Assembly: GCA_022451235.1 (NCBI GenBank)
Contig: JAKUOA010000001.1
Span: 40,401 to 104,400 of the forward strand
Direction: 5' to 3'
Source: Candidatus Thalassarchaeum sp.
Lineage (GTDB): Archaea; Thermoplasmatota; Poseidoniia; Poseidoniales; Thalassarchaeaceae
Length of the DNA stretch: 64,000 nucleotides
Each line of letters opens with the position of its first letter. The first letter of the stretch is position 1. Both the position numbers and the translations under genes were made by a program. The notes beneath the pieces were generated by a model. It saw only the letters and a program-made list of their open reading frames with translations, was not told the DNA's origin and did not search any database. This document shows positions 1 to 7,450 of the stretch, piece by piece.

Positions 1-1342
1 ATTCCCCTATGATGACAATGGTCATGGCACCCATTGTGCAGGCATCACTGCTGGCACCGGGGCCCCCGACTATCAGCACATAGGTGTGGCCCCAAAAGCA
101 AACCTTGTGGGCGTCAAGGTTCTAGACGGAGGCGGCAGTGGATCTTTCGCTGCAGTCATGGCGGGAATGGAATGGACCGTAGAGAAAAGGCATGAGTTCA
201 ACATCAGGGCAGCCAGTATGAGCCTCGGAGCCCTCACTGGAGCAATCGAATGGACATCCTCAGAGGAAGAGTCAGTGAACAGAATGGCAAATGAGATGAT
301 GAGAGCAGGGGTCACTCTATTCATCGCAGCTGGAAACAGCGGAGGAACCGGAACGATAGGGACGCCGGGGAGTGCTGAGGATGTCATAACCGTCGGCTCG
401 CTGGACAAAGATACTGCAATTGCAGTCTACTCAAGCCAAGGGCCAACAGAGGAAGGCAGGGTCAAGCCCAACCTAGCGTTTGTTGGGAGCAGCGTCAACG
501 CACCCGATGCCAACACCGGAGATGGATACGTCGCATTGTCTGGTACTAGCATGGCAACGCCTGGTGCGGCTGGTGTTGCTGTTTTGATGTATCAGGCTAA
601 TCCCGACTTGAGTCCCTTCGATGTGCGCAACATAATGCAAGAGACCTCAACATACAGACAATGCCACTACATGCTCGCGAACGAGCCGTGTGCAGAGGAC
701 CTCATACCGAAGAACAGGCAGAATAACGTCTATGGCCATGGTCATGTGAATGCTCAGCCAGCAGTCGAGGAAGCTGCCAATTACTTCTACGAATTGAGCA
801 TGTCATTGAACGTTACTTTGGAAAGCGAATATGGACAAGATAACCGCGTTCACATTGGACAAGGTGAATCGATTGAATTCAATTTGGAAGGAGGAGTTCA
901 AAGAGTACAATGGCGAACTTGGGATATGAGAGACAATTGGATGGATTTGGCTGAATTTACTATTGGTGACGAGCGCTTTGAGGTGACTCATGACCTACTG
1001 GTAGATCGACTTCGATTCCTTCCCAACAATACGGTAGAAGGCGAACAAGTTATTCTCGTACGAGCAATATCCGGTGACCAAGCCTCAACCAATCTTGCAA
1101 TAGGAATTCAGATTATGGGTGAAGAAAAAATAACTCAATCCGATTCTGAAAGTTCCTTCATGGGAATTGTAGTTGGAATTTTGGCTCTACTGGTTCTAGT
1201 GCTTCTCAGTGCACTAATTTTTGCTGGCATTCAACTCCGTGACAGAGGATTCTTCGAAAAAGATGATGAATTTTTCCAAGATGATGAATTAGTGGAAGAA
1301 ATCTTCTCTGAAGCAGAAATCTCTCAATCCGAATCCGGATAG
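1..1342 (+). CDS. Subtilisin-like serine protease (peptidase S8), 5-prime truncated by the window edge, with a C-terminal TM anchor
   Basis: The same frame as the 86..1342 ORF is open from nt 2 (FPYDDNGHGTHCAGITAG, the S8 catalytic His motif). GTSMATPGAAG is the catalytic Ser motif. A C-terminal hydrophobic helix (IVVGILALLVLVLLSALIFAG) is followed by an acidic tail. Confidence 0.9.
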   Translation, partial: FPYDDNGHGTHCAGITAGTGAPDYQHIGVAPKANLVGVKVLDGGGSGSFAAVMAGMEWTVEKRHEFNIRAASMSLGALTGAIEWTSSEEESVNRMANEMMRAGVTLFIAAGNSGGTGTIGTPGSAEDVITVGSLDKDTAIAVYSSQGPTEEGRVKPNLAFVGSSVNAPDANTGDGYVALSGTSMATPGAAGVAVLMYQANPDLSPFDVRNIMQETSTYRQCHYMLANEPCAEDLIPKNRQNNVYGHGHVNAQPAVEEAANYFYELSMSLNVTLESEYGQDNRVHIGQGESIEFNLEGGVQRVQWRTWDMRDNWMDLAEFTIGDERFEVTHDLLVDRLRFLPNNTVEGEQVILVRAISGDQASTNLAIGIQIMGEEKITQSDSESSFMGIVVGILALLVLVLLSALIFAGIQLRDRGFFEKDDEFFQDDELVEEIFSEAEISQSESG

Positions 1343-1376
1343 TCTCAAGTCACCTCGTCCTAATGCTCAAACATGG

Positions 1377-3398
1377 GTGCTTATTCGACTAATTATGAGT
1401 CAGACTAGGGGCATCTATGTCTCAATTGTTCTGATTATGCTAATGGCCCCGTTAGTTTCCTCTTCCATTAGTGTTGATTCTTCCCGCAGAGGTGGTCTAG
1501 ATTTCAATGGAGATTGGGTCGCCTCAGTTGAACCTGAAATTCATTTTGAATGGTGGCTCGACTGGAGTAGAGACAAGGATGGTAATTCTATTGACGACCG
1601 GCTAGAATGGTTGATTGTACAACCCAGCGAAATACAAAATCAATGGTGGAAACGAGCATCGTCTGGAAATGCTAGAGTTTTCATAGACTACGATCATCAC
1701 CCAACAGATGCAGATATTTCAGCACTTGAAGAACTGAAAGTTGAGGTTACTTTCAGATTTAGTTATCTGGATACTGTGGCGGCTTCCGCTCCTTTCGACT
1801 CAATACTAGGGCCTGATGGAATCCTTTCTTTACCTGGTGTGGTGATGATTGAAGATCTAGGGCTTGCGGAACCAAACATGCATCAAGCAGTTCCAAACAT
1901 GGGAGTTGATACCGTATGGAATGACCTAGGTTTAGATGGAACTGGAGCGGTGATTGCTGTGCTCGATACGGGAGTGAGAGGGGATCATGAAGGACTCAAT
2001 GATATGGATGATGACCCCTTTACCTGTATAGACGAACCACCTGACCCCTTAGATCCAAATCCAGAGCCGATTCCCGCGGACTGTGATCCAAAAATCATAG
2101 CATTTTTCGATGCTGTATTTACTGATCAAGAACTAGATCCTTCAGAATCTTATGACTCAGGAACTCACGGAACTCATGTTGCAGGTATTGCAGCTGGTAG
2201 TGGAGGGGGACAAGTAGACCCTACAACTGGAGAGAAATATGTAGGAGCAGCACCCGGTGCATGGTTAATCAACATCTTAGCATGTTGTGATGGAGATATT
2301 GAAGACATAATGCAGGGCGCCCAATGGGCAATAGATAACAAGGAAAAATATGGTATCAATATCTTGACTTCCTCGCTGGGAGAGCAGCAATTTGAGATTC
2401 ATGTCGATAATGACGGTAGTTCTGCTTGGAGTCGCCAAATGGATGCCGTTGTAGAGGCAGGAATCATCACGACTCTCTCTGCCGGAAACGAATTCGGAGG
2501 AGCAACTTTTGCTGGCTGTAATACAATCGATAGTCCGGGGGATGCCGCTTTACCCGTAACCGTAGCCAGTCTCGATAAGGATCTAGGGCTAGCAATTTAC
2601 AGTAGTAGAGGATACACTTCTGACTTGCGAGTAAAGCCGGATGTAGCAACCATAGGATCTAGCATAATGGCCCCTGATGCGGCAACAAATGATGGATACA
2701 CAAGTAAATCTGGAACTAGTATGGCAACCCCATTGATGGCTGGAATTGCCGCTTTAATGGTACAAGCAAATCCAGACATCACCCCCTCTGAATTCAAAGA
2801 TATCATTGCAGCCTATTCAATCGAAAGAGAAATTGTTCTCTTAGATGATCCAGGGTTCAATGACTGTAGTGTTGCTGAAACTCGGCCGGATAATGAGTTT
2901 GGATATGGACAAGCGGATCCAATTGTATTTGTTGAAGTAGCAGGAAGCATTGATCGTTCACTTAATGTTTCAATGGATATTGATACCCTGCAGGTAATTC
3001 AAAATCAAAGCCAAATTACAGGGATTGCAAGTGGATTACCTTCGGGCTCAGAGGGCAGAGTGGAGGTAAGAGTGGGCGGTGCAGAATGGAGCGAAGCAAA
3101 AGATGAGTCAAACGATGGGGATTGGACAAGTTGGAGTATAGTACTAGAACCTCACAATAATTCAGGTAATACTACAATCTTTGCAAGATTATACCTTGAT
3201 GACGATCACATATCACCTATTGATGCTAAAAGAGTAATCCTAATTGATGAAGTAGCCACAAATCAGGAAAAGGGATTGAATGAAGAATCGCTATTGATTG
3301 TATTATTTGGCGCGTTGATTTTCTTGGTCCCTGTTATTGGAGTTGCGATTTACTTCAATCGCATCTCGATTTGGAGTGCAACTTCCGATGAGGATTGA
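1377..3398 (+). CDS. Subtilisin-like serine protease (peptidase S8) with signal peptide and C-terminal TM anchor
   Basis: Catalytic triad motifs are VLDTGVRGDHEGL (Asp), HGTHVAGIAAG (His) and GTSMATPLMAGIAAL (Ser). The N-terminus is hydrophobic and the C-terminal helix is LLIVLFGALIFLVPVIGVAIYF. The ORF opens at GTG 1377. ATG 1395 (MSQTRGIYVSIVLIML) is an equally plausible start. Confidence 0.9.
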   Translation: MLIRLIMSQTRGIYVSIVLIMLMAPLVSSSISVDSSRRGGLDFNGDWVASVEPEIHFEWWLDWSRDKDGNSIDDRLEWLIVQPSEIQNQWWKRASSGNARVFIDYDHHPTDADISALEELKVEVTFRFSYLDTVAASAPFDSILGPDGILSLPGVVMIEDLGLAEPNMHQAVPNMGVDTVWNDLGLDGTGAVIAVLDTGVRGDHEGLNDMDDDPFTCIDEPPDPLDPNPEPIPADCDPKIIAFFDAVFTDQELDPSESYDSGTHGTHVAGIAAGSGGGQVDPTTGEKYVGAAPGAWLINILACCDGDIEDIMQGAQWAIDNKEKYGINILTSSLGEQQFEIHVDNDGSSAWSRQMDAVVEAGIITTLSAGNEFGGATFAGCNTIDSPGDAALPVTVASLDKDLGLAIYSSRGYTSDLRVKPDVATIGSSIMAPDAATNDGYTSKSGTSMATPLMAGIAALMVQANPDITPSEFKDIIAAYSIEREIVLLDDPGFNDCSVAETRPDNEFGYGQADPIVFVEVAGSIDRSLNVSMDIDTLQVIQNQSQITGIASGLPSGSEGRVEVRVGGAEWSEAKDESNDGDWTSWSIVLEPHNNSGNTTIFARLYLDDDHISPIDAKRVILIDEVATNQEKGLNEESLLIVLFGALIFLVPVIGVAIYFNRISIWSATSDED

Positions 3399-3945
3399 CA
3401 GAGGGATTGTACTAGCTGCAGGGGCCAGTAAGCGCCTTGGTAGCCACAAGGCATTGATAGAAGTCGAAGGGGAAACTCTTGTCCAGTTAGTTTGTAGTAA
3501 ATTGCAAAGTGCAGGCCTTTCTGTAACCGTAGTTACCCGTAATTCTCTAGAACAAAAAATTGAGAATTTACTTCCCAATGTTAGTACCGTAGTGAATCCA
3601 AATCCTGAATTAGGTAGAACAGGAACTATTCAACGCGGAATTGAATCAATTGGTGCCGGACCCCTACTGATTGCACCAGTAGATCGACCCGGATTTAGCC
3701 TAGAAACCATCAATTTACTCTGTGAAACAAACACCACAACCATTCCAACCTACAAAGAAAAAGGCGGTCATCCGATTGCAATAACTTCTCAGGATTGTGA
3801 GAATATTTTGCAAGCAGAACCTGATATTCCATTACGTGAACTAATCAGTCCTGAAAAGATGCAGGTAGAAGACCCTCATCTACACCTAAACATAGACACT
3901 AAAGAAGATGTTAACCAACTAATCAAGGTTGCAAAGCATCTGTAA
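3388..3945 (+). CDS. mocA: MobA/MocA-like molybdenum cofactor nucleotidyltransferase
   Basis: N-terminal GIVLAAGASKRLGSHKALIEVEGETL is the NTP_transf_3 P-loop-like motif. PVDRPG and GGHPI motifs are present. The gene is adjacent to a molybdenum hydroxylase cluster. Start chosen at ATG 3388 (MRIDRGIVLAAG), overlapping the upstream stop. The ORF itself opens at 3337. Confidence 0.75.
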   Translation: MRIDRGIVLAAGASKRLGSHKALIEVEGETLVQLVCSKLQSAGLSVTVVTRNSLEQKIENLLPNVSTVVNPNPELGRTGTIQRGIESIGAGPLLIAPVDRPGFSLETINLLCETNTTTIPTYKEKGGHPIAITSQDCENILQAEPDIPLRELISPEKMQVEDPHLHLNIDTKEDVNQLIKVAKHL

Positions 3946-5188
3946 TAGAGGGATATTGGCCCATCGCCCAAAGGAATACCAAACCCACAATAATTGCTGG
4001 AAGGGTGGTATGTATTGTTGCCCAAATGGATGCAACCTTGTGCCTAACCAATAAAGGGAAAAGGGCGTCTCCATCTTGAGAAATGGCATTTGCAACTAAA
4101 GCTGGAAAAGAGATGATTCCCTCGATATATGCCGTAATTGCGATGATTTGAGGCCCACATCCAGGGATTAGTCCAATAGTCGCCGCAACCAAAACTGCAC
4201 CTGCGCCGGAACCATATTCAGACATATCTGATTCTTTAATTCCAGAAAATAACATACCGAACTCAAATATGAGGTAAGCAATCAAAACCCAAAAAGTAAC
4301 GAATGCTGTTTCCGAGGCCGCATGAACCAGAGTTTCGTCAAGCGAATTGAGTTTATCTCCAATAGTAGCCTCGGTATCATCGGCAAAGAAATTCTTAGAA
4401 GATACATAGAGAATAATTGACAAAGAGGTCCCAATGAATCCTATCCAAGTGACTATTCCATCTCGAGTTGTTGGGTCCCAAACTAACTCAGGTGAGTATT
4501 CTGGATCCTGTGCATACCAACCGAGAAGCAAGATTGCAAGACACAAACCCACTGCGGTTACCAACCACCAAATTCTGTAACCTTGATGTAGGACACGATA
4601 CCCCCATCCCTCTGGAACCTCTCTGGGTAGATTTTCGATTAGTGAATCTTTACTTTCCATTGCCTTTGCAACTTCTTCCCCTAATGGCTCATCATTACCA
4701 AACTTAGGGCCGAAGCCACCTAGCGGAGTAGTTGGTGTAACCCCTATTGAATCAACACCGTACCCCCATAAAACACCGACAACAAAGGATGTTATGTGAA
4801 CAACAATTACTGGAGTCAGGTATGAAGAATCTTGGAAAATAGCCCCAATTAGCACGAAAGCGGCATCGCCGAGGGTTGCGATTAAAGTCGCAATAACTGT
4901 TCCATAAGTGACATACCCTCTAGCATACATAGGCATGACAATTATTGCACCACCACAACCTGGAGTTAGCCCCATCATTGCACCAATTACTGGCTGAAGG
5001 CTCCTATTTTCACGAATCCAAATTACAAATCGACCTGCTGTGATGAATTGTAACCAACTGAACAGCAGAATCATTGCAGCGACAAAAACTGTAACTGCAA
5101 GGAAAGCATCTCTCATTGAGACAACTAGAATTTCCAGCGCTTGAGCCGCGCTGATGTTCGATGACATACGACTCCCCGAGGCGCTCAT
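3923..5188 (-). CDS. Polytopic membrane protein with two PGCG motifs, possibly a 10-TM metal transporter (ArsP_2/DUF2899-like)
   Basis: About 10 hydrophobic segments. There is an internal two-fold repeat, each half carrying a Pro-Gly-Cys-Gly motif (GLTPGCGGAIIVMPMY and GLIPGCGPQIIAITAYIEG). The family name is from memory and is tentative. Confidence 0.45.
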   Translation of the reverse strand: MSASGSRMSSNISAAQALEILVVSMRDAFLAVTVFVAAMILLFSWLQFITAGRFVIWIRENRSLQPVIGAMMGLTPGCGGAIIVMPMYARGYVTYGTVIATLIATLGDAAFVLIGAIFQDSSYLTPVIVVHITSFVVGVLWGYGVDSIGVTPTTPLGGFGPKFGNDEPLGEEVAKAMESKDSLIENLPREVPEGWGYRVLHQGYRIWWLVTAVGLCLAILLLGWYAQDPEYSPELVWDPTTRDGIVTWIGFIGTSLSIILYVSSKNFFADDTEATIGDKLNSLDETLVHAASETAFVTFWVLIAYLIFEFGMLFSGIKESDMSEYGSGAGAVLVAATIGLIPGCGPQIIAITAYIEGIISFPALVANAISQDGDALFPLLVRHKVASIWATIHTTLPAIIVGLVFLWAMGQYPSITDALQP

Positions 5189-5265
5189 TCATTTGAAAGT
5201 TAGTCGAGGCTAACTCTTGAATTTCTTGTGTAAATCGCTATTCCCCAGCGAGCAAATCCAATACC

Positions 5266-6108
5266 TTGAGTCGTTTCCGGACGTCTATGACCAGCGCCAC
5301 GCTAGCATGGGTTTTGGACCGTTTAAATCACGGTGAAAGGGTTGCCCTTGCGTCTGTGGTTGAAGCTAGTGGAAGCGTACCTGGAAAACCCGGAGCGAGA
5401 ATGGCACTAACCAATTTGAGAAAAAGACACGGTACTATCGGAGGTGCTGGTTTAGAACTGAAGGTAGAGAAACATCTTGGGCAGATGTTGGCCAATGGAT
5501 CCAGCACTAGTAGGGTAGAGACTTACGTCTTACATCGAGATGCGAAGAGCCAAGAGTCGGTGGCCCTTAACAGTCTATGCGGCGGTCGCGTAACCGTCTC
5601 TCTGGAGGTATTGGAACCCGTGCCACACATACTAATCGCCGGTGGGGGCCATTGTGGTCTAGCCGTCGCCGCAGCATGTGATAATCTAGGTTGGTCGCAC
5701 AGTGTTTTCGATGTTCGAAACGAGTTCGCTGATCTGGAATTATATCCTAATGCGGTAGAACATCATTCTAGCGATGTTGAGGTATTTATTGCCAGTATTT
5801 CGGATAATGGATTTATGCGATTTTCAGACGTTCTATTGTTAGGTCATGATTGGTCGGTAGACCAAGACTTACTGATTGGTCTTTTATTGAATCGGGGCGA
5901 AGGTGAAAGACCACGTATTGGAGCAATTGGGTCTCGGGCAAAATGGAAGGTTTTCAGAGAGGAAGCAATCTCTGCTGGGGTGCCCGAAAATGTGATCGAT
6001 TCCGTTCGTTGTCCTATCGGTATTGAAATCGGTGCGGAAACTCCCGAAGAGATTGCGATTGCCGTATGCGCGGAAATTTTAGCGATTGAGAAAGGTGTTC
6101 AGGAATAA
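5266..6108 (+). CDS. xdhC: XdhC/CoxF-family molybdenum hydroxylase maturation factor
   Basis: The N-terminal XdhC_CoxI-like region has GSVPGKPGARM. The Rossmann-like part has HILIAGGGHCGLAVAAAC. The characteristic C-terminus is CPIGIEIGAETPEEIAIAVCAEILAIEKG. TTG start at 5266, alternative ATG at 5287. Confidence 0.85.
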   Translation: MSRFRTSMTSATLAWVLDRLNHGERVALASVVEASGSVPGKPGARMALTNLRKRHGTIGGAGLELKVEKHLGQMLANGSSTSRVETYVLHRDAKSQESVALNSLCGGRVTVSLEVLEPVPHILIAGGGHCGLAVAAACDNLGWSHSVFDVRNEFADLELYPNAVEHHSSDVEVFIASISDNGFMRFSDVLLLGHDWSVDQDLLIGLLLNRGEGERPRIGAIGSRAKWKVFREEAISAGVPENVIDSVRCPIGIEIGAETPEEIAIAVCAEILAIEKGVQE

Positions 6109-6165
6109 TATGGAATAAATCCCCCCTGAGTACCAAAGCATAGAGTTGAATAGCGCTACTGTAAG

Positions 6166-6822
6166 GTGCAATGTATGCGAAAGGTTGTGTTGAGATGGAA
6201 TCTCACAACCATTCAGGGCGCTAAGGAATTGGGGAGTATCCTGCAAATCTGTCAGAGATTTGAGGTATTGGCCCATTTGGGGGTTTCTCCAGTTGGAATC
6301 GTTCAATTAGCAGAGATTGTATTACAAGATGGAAAAGATATCAATGAACTAAACGATTTAGATAGTTTTCAGGTAATGGAAATACACGAGGAATCGGAGG
6401 ATGGAATACTGGCCAGCATCCTATGTTCACACAGTTTGGCAAAGTCTGCTATCGACCTATCCAATCTACACCTCCAACCTCCCTATAGTTTGGATGCGGC
6501 AGTTGGAATGGAAATGCGAGTAACCGGGTTAACTGGAGCAATGCGAAGGTTTCTCGCTCTTCTTAGAGTGGTTTTACCTCCAGACAAAGTTAGTGTCATA
6601 ACTATGCGGGGAGAAATGGTAAATGGCTGGGACAAAGTACTGACAAAAAGACAGCAAGAAGTGCTAACATTTGCTGTCGAGAGAGGTTACTACGAAGAAG
6701 GTACATCAATTACAATCAAGGATTTGGCAGAAGAAATGGGGATTTCTCGTTCCACTTTTGGCGGTCACCTACAAGATGCGGAAAGAGCAGTGATGCATAA
6801 GGCTGGTTCAGACTTGAATTGA
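6166..6822 (+). CDS. HTH_10 (bacterio-opsin activator type) transcriptional regulator
   Basis: C-terminal LTKRQQEVLTFAVERGYYEEGTSITIKDLAEEMGISRSTFGGHLQDAERAVM is the archaeal HTH_10 DNA-binding domain. The N-terminal roughly 150 aa sensor region is uncharacterised. Confidence 0.8.
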   Translation: MQCMRKVVLRWNLTTIQGAKELGSILQICQRFEVLAHLGVSPVGIVQLAEIVLQDGKDINELNDLDSFQVMEIHEESEDGILASILCSHSLAKSAIDLSNLHLQPPYSLDAAVGMEMRVTGLTGAMRRFLALLRVVLPPDKVSVITMRGEMVNGWDKVLTKRQQEVLTFAVERGYYEEGTSITIKDLAEEMGISRSTFGGHLQDAERAVMHKAGSDLN

Positions 6823-6876
6823 GTCCGTAGGACTCAGACCGAAGCGTAATAGGATAATCCTCAGTGGATTCTCTCC

Positions 6877-7446
6877 ATGGTGCAACACCGGCTACCGATG
6901 ATACCCTCAGCTGGAGAAGTATCTTGGGTTGCATCAATTAATGGTGTCAAGAAACAATTGAACATCGAAAATAATGCAATCTTGCTCGATGTATTGAGGG
7001 ATAAAGCAGGAAGTCTTGGCACCAAAAGGGGCTGTGACATGGGCACATGTGGCTGTTGTTCTGTATTGATTAATGGAGAGCCAAGACTCTCCTGCTTAAC
7101 TCTTGCCGCAGAAGCAGAAGGTTATGAGATTACTACAGTTGAAGGTCTTGCAGACGGACACCATCTACACCCAATTCAGGAGATGTTTGCTGAATGTGGC
7201 GGCTCTCAGTGTGGCTTTTGCACCCCTGGATTCCTTGTGGTCTCTTCGGCATTGCTCGAAGAAAACCCTAGCCCAAGTGATGAAGAAATCAAAACTGCGA
7301 TCGAAGGAAATCTATGCAGATGCACAGGTTATCAACAGATTGTCGACTCAGTTCGGGCCGCATCTGCAATACTAACCTCAGGAGAATCGGTCGAAGATTC
7401 AACCTCGCCAAAGAGCGACCCACACCCCGGATTCTCTGGAGAGTGA
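6877..7446 (+). CDS. Molybdenum hydroxylase (xanthine dehydrogenase family) small subunit, 2x[2Fe-2S]
   Basis: Plant-type cluster motif CDMGTCGCCSVLINGEPRLSC. Second cluster motifs QCGFCTPGF and NLCRCTGYQQI. Confidence 0.92.
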   Translation: MVQHRLPMIPSAGEVSWVASINGVKKQLNIENNAILLDVLRDKAGSLGTKRGCDMGTCGCCSVLINGEPRLSCLTLAAEAEGYEITTVEGLADGHHLHPIQEMFAECGGSQCGFCTPGFLVVSSALLEENPSPSDEEIKTAIEGNLCRCTGYQQIVDSVRAASAILTSGESVEDSTSPKSDPHPGFSGE

Positions 7447-7450
7447 TTCA

